The notes under the pieces: generated by a model
Databases searched by the model: none
Told to the model about the DNA's origin: nothing
Seen by the model: only the letters and a program-made list of their open reading frames with translations
Origin: Octopus sinensis
Lineage: Eukaryota
Direction: 5' to 3'
Assembly: GCF_006345805.1 (NCBI RefSeq)
Contig: NC_043011.1
Coordinates: 15,140,464 to 15,204,463, forward strand
DNA: 64,000 nt
Made by a program: the position numbers and the translations under genes
Part shown: one piece after another, positions 1-13,130 of the stretch
How the letters are laid out: every line of letters starts with the position of its first letter
Position numbering within the stretch: the first letter of the stretch is position 1

Positions 1-270
1 CCGGTGATCGACGATGTGGCAGGTGTTTTGTATGACGTTCTGCGCGAATAAGGATTATAATGTCATGCTACTGAAGCCAGTGTAGCACGGATTAAACTGC
101 TATCAAGCATTTTCATTTTCGCTTTTTATTGTATTATATAAATACAAAGATTAGAGTTTTGGAGAACGCGTTATCTTTAACTCGACATTCTTAGTTCTAC
201 AGTGGAATGGTAAAATTGGAATATTATTAGATGATTAATTCAATAATTTAATTTATCAATGTTCCCTCAG

Positions 271-1021
271 TACAAACCGCGGATCTTTTCGGTTTGAACG
301 GCAGTTTTTTCTAGCGGTGTCATATGAAATTGTCCCCTATAATTATGACCCTAGTATCGATCTATTGCATTTCAATCTGTTTTAGGGTTAGGGTTAGGGT
401 TAGGGGTGGGGGGAAGGGTATCTTTTTTTCTTCACAAATGTAAATAAACCCAATCTGTTTCTTAAACGAGGGACATATTCATAGGGCACAGAATATTTTT
501 TACCTCAATAGATGTCATTGATCAGTTGAAATTGCAGAAATTGAAGAAAAAAACAACAGATATCTTACAAACTATAGAATTTTCTCAATAAAGCCAAGAG
601 AAAAAGATGTTTTATAATCACATTCTACCAGTATACGAAGTTTAAAAGTGTTTAGTTACGTGGAAATCATTTTAAAAAACTGCCGGTCAAACCGAAAAGA
701 TCCCAGACCGCTAGCCAGTCGCGTGTTGGAAGTTGCCGAAATCATCCAAACCATGTGGTTTATGTAAGTGTTATTTTGATATTGATGGACGGAAAGAAAT
801 ACATCAAATCAATTGAACAAAGAAGTTATTATCTCTAAAAATATTTCGAAGCAACTGATTGCTTTTTATTCTTATTTTTACAACTCGCAACGGAACGCAG
901 TAACCATGACTCTTTAGAGGCCTACAAAGAATGTTTGAAAGAAGGTGTGCTCAATCCAGGCACATGCAGTGAATGCTTGCAACGGAGGCGAAATCGTCAT
1001 CGAGAGCCAAGAAAAAGATGA
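271..1021 (+). pseudogene. Candidate two-exon coding remnant interrupted by MITE copy 1 (product unknown)
   Basis: Acceptor TTCCCTCAG|271. With the MITE and one TSD removed, a 62-nt exon reads YKPLASRVLEVAEIIQTMWF and ends at donor GTAAGT (764). The AG at 899-900 continues in frame as INHDSLEAYKECLKEGVLNPGTCSECLQRRRNRHREPRKR*. Confidence 0.35.
281..703 (+). mobile_element. TIR MITE copy 1 (~423 bp) with internal (TTAGGG)n; possibly Merlin-like
   Basis: TIRs GGATCTTTTCGGTTTGAACGGCAGTTTTTT / AAAAAACTGCCGGTCAAACCGAAAAGATCC; 8-bp TSD CAAACCGC/CAGACCGC (1 mismatch); TTAGGG repeats at ~382-405. Confidence 0.9.
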
Positions 1022-1056
1022 TGTGGGATTAAGTTTATTACTCACGAAAACAGCGG

Positions 1057-1485
1057 GGATCTTTTCGGTTTGAACGGCAGTTTTTTTTTAATAATTTCCA
1101 CGTAACTAAACACTTTTAAACTTCGTATACTGGTAGAATGTGTTTATAAAACATCTTTTTCTCTTGGCTTTATTGAGAAAATTCTATAGTTTGTAAGATA
1201 TTTGTTGTTGTTTTTTCTTCAATTTCTGCAATTTCAACCAATCAATGGCGTCTATTGAGGTGAAAACATTCTGTGCCGTATGAATATGTCCCTCGTTTAA
1301 GAAACAGATTGGGTTTATTTACATTTGCGAAGAAAAGAAGATACCCTTCTCCCCACCCCTAACCCTAACTAACCCTAACCCTAAAACAGATTGAAATGCA
1401 ATAGATCGATTCTAGGGTCATAATTATAGGTGACGATTTCATATGACACCGCTAGAAAAAACTGCCGTTCAAACCGAAAAGATCC
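1057..1485 (-). mobile_element. TIR MITE copy 2, inverted relative to copy 1
   Basis: Same TIRs; interior is the reverse complement of 281-703 (CCCTAA repeats ~1357-1385); flanking direct repeat ACAGCGG. Confidence 0.9.
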
Positions 1486-1922
1486 ACAGCGGTGGGATTC
1501 GAACTCAAAACACAAAGAGTCAGAACACCTAAACACAAAGCATTTGGTGATGTTTTTACACTCCCGCCATTTCAATTCCCTGGATTGGTAGTTTTTATCG
1601 ATCGCGAAAGGATGGAAACCACAACTGACCTCGTATTATCTCAGAGCGCAGAGATGAGGAACAAATGCTGCCAGTCATTCAGTCCATGTCAGGCATTTAA
1701 TGTCAGGGAAGTTTCATATTTTCACAAATTGAACGTTGAGAATAAAACGTAGAACAAATCTTTGTCTTCGTTGAGCTGATGGATGACAAACACGTACGTT
1801 GATTGGTAAACACATCAGGTTTCATGTCAGTACAAAGTTAATACATTTTATTGCCCTGTAATAATTTAATATTTTTTATTACAGTTTCTTGTTACTCTTG
1901 TTTTAAAGAATGGACACGTTTC

Positions 1923-1924
<2 letters not shown>

Positions 1925-1966
<42 letters not shown>

Positions 1967-2124
1967 GAATAGATATGTATATATATGTGTGTCTGTATAT
2001 GTGAATATACATGTATCTACACATAAGTACATATGTATATAGTCCTTCCACTCTCTCTCATTCTCTCTATCGTCCTCCCCTATTTTTCTCCTTTTCCCTC
2101 TCTTTCTCTCTCTCTCCTCTCTCT

Positions 2125-2162
<38 letters not shown>

Positions 2163-2182
2163 GTTTGTCTGTCTATCTGTTG

Positions 2183-2228
<46 letters not shown>

Positions 2229-2282
2229 CGTCTGTCTGTCTATCTCTCTATCTCTCTATCTCTCTGTCTTTCTATCTATCTA

Positions 2283-2351
<69 letters not shown>

Positions 2352-2858
2352 TCTATCTTTCTACTTATCTTTATAATTGTAGTGTTGTTGGTAGACATAT
2401 ATGGCTGTCTAATAAAACCGGGATGGCGTAGGTAAAATGATGATAGGAGATATCAAAGTACAACATAATGGATAGCATATAATCATTGAGAAAGAAAGAA
2501 AGAGAAAGAGCGAGAAAGAAGGAGAAAGAGAGGGAGAAAGGGAGAGAAAGAGGGGAGGACGAAAGAGAGAATGCGAGAGAGGGGAAGCAATAATGCAAAA
2601 GAGAGTATGCACGCGAGTACAAGAGGCGGGAGGTGAGTTGTCCTATTAATTCAGGCAAACTTGATATTATAAAAGCAAGTCTGGAATTTATGTTTGTATA
2701 CTTCAAACCATGTAAGTATGATGAGAGCTGTATAACCATAAAGTCCGTTCCATATTTCTTTAAACAAGGATTTATAATCTGTCCACTAACTTGGTACTAA
2801 GTAGTTCCCCTTGCTTGCATGTTCGCACATTCGTACGTACATGGGTGTATATATATAG

Positions 2859-2898
<40 letters not shown>

Positions 2899-3138
2899 TC
2901 TTTTATTTGCTTCAGTCATATTCAGACATATTCTTTGTAAGCCCAGTACTTACTCTACCGGTCTCTTTGGCCGAACCGCTAGTCTACGGGGACGTAAACA
3001 CACCAGCATCGATTGTCAAACGATGGCGGGGCGGGACAAGCACAGACAACCCACACATACACACACACACACACACACGCACATAGACACACACTTATAC
3101 AGGCACACATGCATATATATATATTATGTATATATATA

Positions 3139-3194
<56 letters not shown>

Positions 3195-3720
3195 TATATA
3201 TATATCTATATATATATATATATATACACACACAAACAACATATGCATGCACATTGCATCCCTTTTCCATCTCTTTGAATTTCTGTCGCTCCTAAACATA
3301 TACACATTAATTAAAAATGCGTATATTCATTTGCATGTGTATACATCTACCTTTCATATATACACCATCCTAGCAACAAACTTTTCGTTTGAACGTACGT
3401 ACGCAACTATGTATGTATGTATGTATGTATGTATGCATGTATGTGTGTGTGTACATGTATGTATGTATGTATGTATGTATGTATGTATGTATGTATGCAT
3501 GCATGCATGCATGTATGCATGGATGTATGTATGTGTATGTATGTATGTGTGTGTGTATGTATGTATGTATGCATGCATGCATGCATGTATGCATGTATGT
3601 ATGTGTGTGTATGTATGTATGTATGTATGTATGTATGTATGTAGTGTGTGTGTATGTATGTATGTATGTATGCATGCATGTATGTATGTATGCATCACAC
3701 TGTCTCTCTCTCTCTCTCTG

Positions 3721-3751
<31 letters not shown>

Positions 3752-3886
3752 ATACACATACACATACATATATGTCTATTTATTTAGTTACCTGGATTGC
3801 ATTATACATAGACACACATGCACACACACTTGTATGTACACACATATACTTATGTATGTAAGTATGTATGTATGCATGTATGTATG

Positions 3887-3917
<31 letters not shown>

Positions 3918-4329
3918 ATGAATGAAACAAAGAACACCAAATACAGAGAATCAATGAAGGTAAAGTGATGTTCTGGAGATAATCATTATCCACCGAACTC
4001 GCTACACATCAACCAACCAGCCACAGATATCTGGTTTAGTCAATAAAAACCCATGGATGTTTTTCTACTTGACATATTTACTCGACACAACTAATTGCCT
4101 CAAAGGGATTTTTCTCATTACTTCGACTGTACGACAAGATCTTATTACGAATGTTTTCAGGCACTCGCCCTCACCGCCTACACAGACGCACAGACGTAGT
4201 TACCCGCATATACATACATACATACATACATACATACATACATACATACATACATACATAGTACATACATACATACATAATATACATACATACATAACAT
4301 ACATAAACACACGTACACAGTGTTATATA

Positions 4330-4368
<39 letters not shown>

Positions 4369-4798
4369 GAATGTATGTGTGTATGGCTTATTTTTCATAA
4401 ACGTATAAATGATTCCGTTCTTGTATGTATGAATGTAAATATTTAAACAGGCACACATATGTATACGTATATACACTCATAACACACACACGCACACACG
4501 CTCACACATGCACACAAATGCAAACACACAGAAACAGAGGCACGCACAAGTACGCGCACACGTGAATGCATGTTGAGGTGAGTGCGTGTGTGTATATGTA
4601 TGCAATATCTATTTATACATGTATGTATACACATGCAAGTTTATGTATTTATAAATATTTATGTATATTGTGTGTGTGTGTGTATGAGTGTATATATGTA
4701 TACATATGTGTACCTGTTTAAATATTTACATTCATACATACAAGAACGCAATCATTTATACATTTATCAAAAATAAGCCATACACACATACATTCATT

Positions 4799-4864
<66 letters not shown>

Positions 4865-4871
4865 ATGTGTG

Positions 4872-4903
<32 letters not shown>

Positions 4904-4937
4904 TATATATATGTATAAATATTTATGTATATATATG

Positions 4938-5016
<79 letters not shown>
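1925..5016. repeat. Compound microsatellite field: (CA)n, (CT)n, (CTAT)n, (TA)n, (TATG)n, (CATA)n
   Basis: Directly visible simple repeats; source of the many spurious ORFs. Confidence 0.95.
2928..3050 (-). mobile_element. 3' module of SINE family B (fragment)
   Basis: Reverse complement of the 33070-33185 segment (GACAACCGATGCTGGTGTGTTTACGTCCCCGTAAC...). Confidence 0.7.
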
Positions 5017-5017
<1 letters not shown>

Positions 5018-5018
<1 letters not shown>

Positions 5019-5321
5019 CAACAATTGAGGGTAAAATTAATTAATTATTAATCAATTTCACCAAGTATTCAGTATGCAAGGGACCATTTAAGGCGAATTC
5101 AAATTATTACATTATATAAAAGGGCTTAGTAAAATAAATGACTTTGCCGCATACTGAACTCATTAGAAATGAGTTGAAGTGAGTTGAATTGAGCAAACAC
5201 TATATGAGAGAGGTTTTCTTTAAGTATTAGAAATAGTTTTAAAAAAGTTTTTTTAGCTACTATTTCTAATGAGTTCAGTATGCGGCAAACTAATTTATTT
5301 TACTAAGCCCTTTTATATATA
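5018..5321. mobile_element. Foldback mini-element in (TA)n, probably PLE terminal-repeat derived
   Basis: ~58-bp inverted arms at 5113-5170 and 5263-5321 (TATATAAAAGGGCTTAGTAAAATAAAT..GCCGCATACTGAACTCATTAGAAAT); (TA)n on both sides. Confidence 0.55.
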
Positions 5322-6528
5322 ATATATATATATATATTATATATATATATATATATATGTATGTATATACACACACTGAAGTACATATACATTTATGTAC
5401 ATATATATAGCATTGTCGCAATATACAGATTCAGAAAATGTCTGAAATGTCTTGGTATGTCAAACGTGTGTTTGGGTGAGGTAGTATAGGGGCAATCAGC
5501 ATTAACCTTCTGCTATAGTTCATTGCAGACTGTATGCGAAGACTGTAGTGTGACTGTATGCAATGATGACTGTGTGATAGCTGTCAAGATCAACGGCTGC
5601 AAATTAAATCACAACAATTTTGTTTTTACTTTTGAAGATTTCTTTCCCAGACTGACACTAACAATTTTCTTTCAATGATTAGAATAGCAAGAAAAAAATA
5701 AAAAGAAGATAAATATGAAATATTAAAATAAAAAAAAAATAGTAGAAAAATGTAATTTCTCTTACCTGGAAGCCGTGATGATGAGGTGAGTGTAGATTTT
5801 TGATGGTCGTATGTATGTTTATATGTGTACATGTTTGTATTTATAATTGCTTTTTTGTGTGTTTTTCGCGGGAGAAAATGATAGATATTGAGAGAGAAAT
5901 ATACAAAGAAAGAAAGGTAAGACAAATGAGGGAAAATTCAGAAAAGAAAGAAGGAGAACCAAGGCAGAAATAAATAAAGGAGGAAACAAATGAAAAATCT
6001 GACATTTGTATATAAAGGTGATATGACGTGTAATGATTCATCGAGATATTCTGTTGTTAACCATTTTCCCGTGGTAGAGCTTTAGCTGTAAATATTTGGT
6101 GATAGGATAGGTGTACTTGTATGTCTTTGAGAGCCTCTGTAACTGGCGAGTAAAAAGTTATCATAATTCAGGGATTCTTGCACTTGGGAGCACTGAACCC
6201 CATTCATGGTATTTGTTTATCATCAAAGCAACAACGTCGTGTGCTCTTCGAAAAGTACCCAAGAAATTAAGTCTATTATCCAAGTAGATATACAATCCAT
6301 TCAAGGGATTTCTGCACAGATTTCATCTAAACGATTCCTTTTATAGGATTTGGTGCTGTCTGAGGATGTGGTAAAATATGCTTTGATTAAGTTACCACGC
6401 AGTGGATTTGAATTTGCAATGAAATAACTTTAAAGCGAACTCCTTAATCACACTGTCTCGACAGCGCCTGTAGAAAGTACAAATATAACCTATTATAAAA
6501 TTTAAGAGAGCGACAGAAGCAGTATTAA

Positions 6529-6762
6529 TACCTATTTCTTTATTATCCACAAGGGACTAAACATAGAGGGGACAAACAAGGATAGACATAGGTATTAAGT
6601 CGATTACATCGACCCCAGTGCGGAACTGGTACTTAATTTATCGACCCCGAAAGGATGAAAGGCAAAGTCAACCTCGGCGGAATTTGAACTCACAACGTAA
6701 CGACAGATGAAATACCACTAAGCATTTCATCCGGCGTGCTAACGTTTCTGCCAGCTCGCCTT
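6529..6762 (-). mobile_element. SINE family A (tRNA-like head, LINE-like tail)
   Basis: Sense strand: GGCGAGCTGGCAGAAACGTTAG (A-box-like), GAGTTCAAATTCC (B box), tail ...TAAAGAAATAGG; flanking direct repeat TTAATACC. Confidence 0.9.
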
Positions 6763-8015
6763 AATACCACTTAAAAGTCGCTGTTGTGTTAGAACACACA
6801 AATACTGCGATGTTTATCAAGAAAGAAACAAATATGGGTTTCTGGTGCATAAAAGCATGTCATAGTTATCGCCAGCGGCAGACAATCACCGCTACCTCCG
6901 CTGCCAGGACTACCTGATCACGCGATTTCGGTCTCGTTTTCGTTGTTGTTTTATTGTGATTGTTGCTGCTTCTGTGATTAAAATGATCTAGTCTTTCAGA
7001 TATTTTTGATTGTTGGAGATATAGCTGCTCTTTTCTGGTTGTCATACCTTCGTATGTTTTGTGAAATTTTTTTCTGTGCGATTTAATCTTCAACGGGAAC
7101 AAATGGGGAACATTAATGCAAGAGATTAACTCAACTCTGGGATAGGAGAACAGTGCAAATATTTACGGGATACAAAGAAATAAAAGAGATCATTCTCTGG
7201 AAAAAGCTGTATTGATCATAGTTGGCTGAGCAAGGATAAACCACCATCATCAACCAGACTAACAATAACAAGAAAATCATCTTCATCATCACCATTTCAA
7301 AAGTCGTTGAATGACTGAATCGTCAGAACATCAGACAAAATGCCTTGCAGTTATTTTTTGTGAACCTTAACGTTCTGGGCTCAAATCCAGCCGAGGTCAA
7401 CTACCGTTCGATTTTCTGAAAGGATTTTCTGCTACTCGTAGTTTGGGCCACGGGAAGTAAAGACTGGTTTCAATGATCAATTATTTCTATTGTTTAACCC
7501 TACTTCAACTTTTACTCACTGAGCGAAAGCTGAAGTAGGGTTAAACAACACCCATTTCCAGTTGCTTTTTCCTCATTTCAGTCGTATGCCTCCTCTAAAT
7601 AGAAAGACAAATAAATTAAGTGAAATCTGATTGCTCTCTCTTGCAGGTCAAGAGACCCATTGACTCATACATTAAGCTGTTCTTGCTATTGTGTTCTAGA
7701 TCAGACCTCGTTAGACTGATCTATGTAATCTCAGATCAACTCTCATCGAGTGATCGTATGATCCTACTTCAGACTACAGTGAATATATCTATACTTGCAG
7801 ATGAGCCATAATCAAGTAGACCTATGGTTGTAAAACAGTCCTCATGAAGTAGATCTTTAATCTAAGATCAGTGCTCAGCGTACTAATCTATGGTCCCGGA
7901 TCAGCCCTTATCGAGTAGACATGGAATCAAAGATCAGGTTTCGCCGGACAGTTCTGTCACGCCATACCAACAACTATGAAGCAGGCCTATAACCCCGAAT
8001 GTTTTAGTTGCGACA

Positions 8016-8157
8016 GTTTATGTGGACGTCCGCAGACGATGAGGCTAGGCCAATAGGTAGATATAGAGAGAGTAGTGGAGAGAATAGTTGAGTGGCGGTG
8101 AGAGTAGAGTTGTGTAGAAGACATTCGAACGTGCGACATAACAGTGGTGACGAGGAT
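8016..8157 (+). mobile_element. Miniature LTR followed by primer-binding site
   Basis: Homologous to the solo LTR at 42715-42826; ends ...CATAACA at 8143; TGGTGACGAGGAT at 8145-8157 is near-complementary to the 3' end of tRNA-Ser(GCT). Confidence 0.7.
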
Positions 8158-8799
8158 TTCGTAGCACACACAGCCACTGTATATTATTGCGATATGACAG
8201 ATACTGATGTTGAGAAATCGTTACTTGTTTAGAAGGGTCAGGATCCTGTTATGTTTTAGCTATTGTCAGTTAGATAACATTGAAGGGTATAGTAAAATGT
8301 GCTTTATTGGTCAAAGTTTGGGTATGTATTGGCAGTTATATTTTCTTCTCTTATGGCATGGGAAGTAACATGGCGTCTTGTGCATACATACATGTATACA
8401 TACGTACATGCATACATACAATCATACATAGATATACATGCACACATATATTCATACGTGTATACGTACATACATGCATACATAATACATGTATACATAC
8501 ATACACACACATGCATTCATACAGACAAATACTTACACACATACATACAAACATAAATACATACATACATACATTCATACACACATACATACATTCATGC
8601 TTACGTACGTACATACATACACACACACATACATTCATGAAGCCTTCAAGCTCCAAGGTGCATACGAAAATGTAGATTATGTCATATGTCTGAGGAAGTC
8701 ATTGACAGCTGACGAAAAATGTCATCAAGGTTTTACCCCCACCCCTTATGCGACACAACGCTGACGTAAAATCAATAGAAAATCAATATAAAATCAATA

Positions 8800-9246
8800 T
8801 AAAATTGCCCTGGAGTAAATATTCCTGTAATTGAATGCATACACAAACATCAACAAAAGGAATATTTGTGGGACATTCACATCAAAACTTGCCAAGTGTA
8901 AACATGACATGCCGGATACTGCAGTTTTGCGCCGACAAGAAAATATATATACCGTCAAAAGAGGCCAGCTGTTCTACTTGTGCGCATATCTCATTGAAAA
9001 ATCCAAGAGTAAAGGGATAACCTTAGACAACTGCTTCGAAATCTCCAGTTTCTATATCCAGATTACAGATTCACCCTTATACCAATAAGAATTGGTACTC
9101 TTGGTTTTGTGAGTAAACGCCTAACAATCAAAATGAGCTTGGATTTTCAGAACACGAAATCAACAAACTAACTTGCACATTACGAATGCAATCTGAAAGT
9201 GAAACAGTAAAAATATGCAAGTCTATTCTCAAGTTTAGAATGTGAC
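8800..9246 (+). mobile_element. Degenerate restriction-like endonuclease (RLE) C-terminus of an R4/NeSL-type LINE
   Basis: Frameshifted translation KEYLWDIHIK..KCKHDMPD..QLLRNLQFLYPDYRFTLIPIRIGTLG..TVKICKSILKF*. Confidence 0.7.
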
Positions 9247-9682
9247 ATTATTTTCCTTATCTGCATTCCAACAATGGAGGTTTGCATCTTTGTTAAAAAG
9301 CGGGTCCTTCTTCAGTGGAAGAATTTTAATAATTAAAACAGAGGAGAACACACATACATACATACATACATACATACATACATACATACATACATACATA
9401 CATACATACATACATACAAATGCATACATATGCATATGTATTTATATATGTATATATACATACATAATATATATACACAGATTCATGCTTATATACTTAC
9501 GTAATATTCTAAGCACAGATATAGTATACATATGTATACGAACATGCACATTTACGACACTCTCACACACATAGCTATACACACAGACGTACAATACATA
9601 CACAAGCTAATGTATATATCTTTACTCATAATCATTTATGTATTTGTATCTAACTGTGTATGTAATTGTGTGTATGGGTGTA

Positions 9683-9740
<58 letters not shown>

Positions 9741-10115
9741 TTGTGTGTAGTGCACGTGAGTAAATACGTGCGTGTTTACATGCGTGTACGTCTATGCAAA
9801 TTTATAATTACAGATAACTGCCCATGTGAAAATGCTATTTCTGATGGAGTGAGATAGCGTCAGGATCAATTGTAAGCATTTTATCTTCTCTGTCCAGCCA
9901 GATAAAAGAGGACAGTTTAACGGATGAACATTATTCCGATAGAAACTTCTGAAACTATTAAATGCTGGGATGGAACATAGTATGGTCTGTAGCATTGCAA
10001 TGTATCTGCCAGTACAAACGAACGCATAAGCAAGCGCACACAGGCGCACGTGTCCAAAAGTTGCATTTTGAAAATGAAAGAAGATAGCATTCAGTGCAAG
10101 ATGGTGTGTATATAT

Positions 10116-10163
<48 letters not shown>

Positions 10164-10164
10164 C

Positions 10165-10250
<86 letters not shown>

Positions 10251-10489
10251 GTATATATATATATAAATACACATATATCTATATGAGTATATACATATAT
10301 ACGTACATATATATTGACATATATGCATAGGTACATACATTCATAGAAATATGTGTATATATATATGTATATTCATATATGTGTTTGTATGTGTGTGTGT
10401 GCATTTGTGCGAGTGCGTATATTGCTATATAAATACATATATATTACTTTGATATTTATGTGGTTTAAGTATTGTAGTTAACTGCTGTC

Positions 10490-11000
10490 GATCTAGTGCT
10501 AGATGAAAGTTTCCATATACCATTGCCAGTTTTTTTCTAATCTCCCTTGCGTGTTACCTTTTAACGACGCTACTCTAGTACTGTCAATCACGACGCGCCA
10601 TCTTTTCATGGTCTTCATTATTTTTTCAGTCATTGGTCGCCATTTCGTGATATTTCCGTCGTTTATACAATGATGAATATATCGTCTACTTTCCTTCATG
10701 TTTTTACCCTTTTGTTCGTCTTTCAGTTACTTTTTTTTGTTCTCTATTGCATTAATCTTTCCCATTTTTGTGCTAACGCTGTCAGTTTCTTTTCTATGAC
10801 TACTGTTAAGATCCACATTTCCGATCTGTAGGCGAATGATAGTATTGTGTAATGGTTTAGAAGTCTTCTTTTGAAGCAGACTAGGAAGTTTAATTTCATA
10901 ACACGATTGTGCTTGTTGAAAAAGTCCATGCATAAAATTTAAATCCTTCTTCTTTTCTCTTTGGACGTCTTTCTCGCGCTTATTATTTTGTGTTTATTTA
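10490..11000 (-). mobile_element. Degenerate RTE-clade LINE C-terminal remnant
   Basis: KRRLLNHYTILSFAYRSEMWILTVVIEKKLTALAQKWERLM resembles the RTE thumb (..ILPxxxYGSETWTL..). Confidence 0.55.
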
Positions 11001-11609
11001 ATATTCTACGAGTGTTTATTTAATATTCTCGTATATGTTGCATCTTGTGATCCACCTTTGGTGATAGCTCATCCTAATTTTTGCTTTGAGCTTCTTCGTT
11101 TTCAGTTAATTACTCCTGCTTAAGACACATAGATCACTAAGCAATTAAAAAAAATCCATAAAATATACAGTAACACAAACAAGAACTCAGGAACTACCAT
11201 CCAATAATTCTAATTTCAGATTTGTAAAGCTGTTGATGCTGTACTTGATATCCTAGAGTTGGTATTTGGTATAGACATGCATGTTGTACCATGATGCATC
11301 AATACAACAATTCTAATCAGGGTTTACATATTAGATCAATCAACAATGATTTGAAGAGTCGCCTTTCCAGACACACGCGTTCTTTGTTAATCTATACAGA
11401 AAATTTATGAGAGCCATGTCAAAGTATATCCCGTTTTTAAGAAGATTATTCGATTTGAGGTAGATTTTGCAGTTTGTACCAGCATGAAAATTTTCGCTCG
11501 AAACAGAGTTGCTAGTTTGTTTCTTAGAAACAGTGTATTTTGTTCAAAGTTCTGATCAACTGAATATAAGGTCTGAAATTTTATCGTGAACATCAATAAA
11601 CACTATTAA

Positions 11610-11787
11610 TACCTACCTACCTACCTACCTACCTACCTACCTACCTACCTACCTACCTACCTACCTACCTACCTACCTACCTACTTACCTACCTACTTAC
11701 CTACCTACCTACCTACCTACCTACCTACCTACCTACCTACCTACCTAACTAACTACCTAACTAACTAACTAACTACCTACCTACCTA
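11610..11787. repeat. (CCTA)n/(CTAA)n microsatellite
   Basis: Directly visible. Confidence 0.95.
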
Positions 11788-11834
11788 TACGCATACATAA
11801 ATGCATATGCACATAAAAACAATATACAATGCCA

Positions 11835-12300
11835 TCCGGAAAATTAAACTCTGCTGGAATAAATATAGAGAATACCTCTGTTAATGAATATGTACACAAA
11901 CATCAATACAAAGGATATTGGTGGGACATTCCCAACAAAACATCTGTCAACTGTATGCTTAAGATGCCAGGTATTGTAGGTTGAGGCAGACAAAAAAATG
12001 AATGTATCTTCAAAGAAGTCACGTGTCTTATTGCTGTGAATATCCGTTTGAAAATCAGAGAGAAAGTGGATGACTATGGACAACTGCTTCGAAACCACAA
12101 GTCCCTGTATCCAGATTATAAATTTGCATTTATACTAATAATAATCGGAGCGCTTGGTTTTGTGAATAAATTTTTAAGCAACAATCTAGTTCAGTTGGGG
12201 GTTTTCAGAAAAAAACATCAACCAACTAACTCGCATATTACAAATACAATCCATAAGTGGAACAGTGAAAGTATGTAAGACTTTTCTCGAGTCTAACTGA
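11835..12300 (+). mobile_element. Second copy of the RLE-LINE C-terminal remnant
   Basis: Homologous to 8800-9246; ..QLLRNHKSLYPDYKFAFILIIIGALGFVNK..SGTVKVCKTF. Confidence 0.72.
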
Positions 12301-12309
12301 GCAAATATT

Positions 12310-13130
12310 TAACAGGCGGTCAGTCAAATTATCATATAGCTGCTCCCTCAATATGAAGAGCGTCATTAAACGCAAACAAGACCTAGAGCCTATTACCATT
12401 TGTAACTATAGAGACCCAGGTAACTGCCCACTCGACCAGGCGTGCATGATTAAACCCGTCATATGTGAGGCAGAAGTTACATCAACGCTAGATGATAGCA
12501 ATACCGAAATAAAAAGCTACATCAAGTTATGTGAAGGCGACTAAATAAATCGCCATGCTAACCATATATCTTCATTGCGTCACAGGGACAAAAGTAAAGC
12601 TATGTATATGGTCTGAAGTATAACGTCACACCCCGTACTATCAAGTGGAAAATAGTTGAAAAGTTCTCATGGAAGCTATGCGTAGCGGAAAAGACATAAA
12701 TCCTTTTCATATCTAAGAATTCCACCGCACTGCTGAAATCCAGATCTGAAATTTTCAGTGAATGTAAACATATGGAGAATTTCCTGTTGGAGAATTGGAA
12801 AATACCACCCGATCCGAACTGAGCAGCTTACCACAGACTCCTATCTATTCAGACTCATGACTTTCCGGTCAAAGGATACATAACTTCATTTCTCCCCGGC
12901 TTTCATTTTTATTTTATTTTCCGTTTTCCGGAGTTTTCAACATTCCACCATTTACATCTACTTCCTTTTCGCCTTTACGCGTATTTTATTTTATACTATC
13001 GTCTTGTTTTAGCTTGTTATGGCATGTGAGGAGAGCCTGAGGTCTGTGTGAAGGAACCAGACGTAGTATTAAATGTAGTTTGAGTTGTTTTTCATCGCAT
13101 GAAACTATTATTAGCTAATGAAAAAATATG
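12310..13130 (+). mobile_element. Degenerate PLE GIY-YIG region with 3' terminal repeat
   Basis: CNYRDPGNCPLDQACMIKPVICEAEV..SYIKLCEG..RHANHISS..IKWKIV..KLCVAEK..KSRSEIFSECKH; decayed hammerhead-like GCATGAAAC near 13097-13105. Confidence 0.7.

Noticed and set aside
381-412. Telomere or chromosome-fusion scar
   Set aside because: Only 3-4 units, located inside a MITE present three times.
1851-5051. Numerous YI/CV/HT/LSIY repeat ORFs here and throughout the window
   Set aside because: Direct translations of (TA)n, (CA)n, (TATG)n and (CTAT)n.
6850-7110. R4-type LINE N-terminal remnant (..ITEAATITIK..SWQRR, minus)
   Set aside because: The resemblance is too weak to call without alignment.
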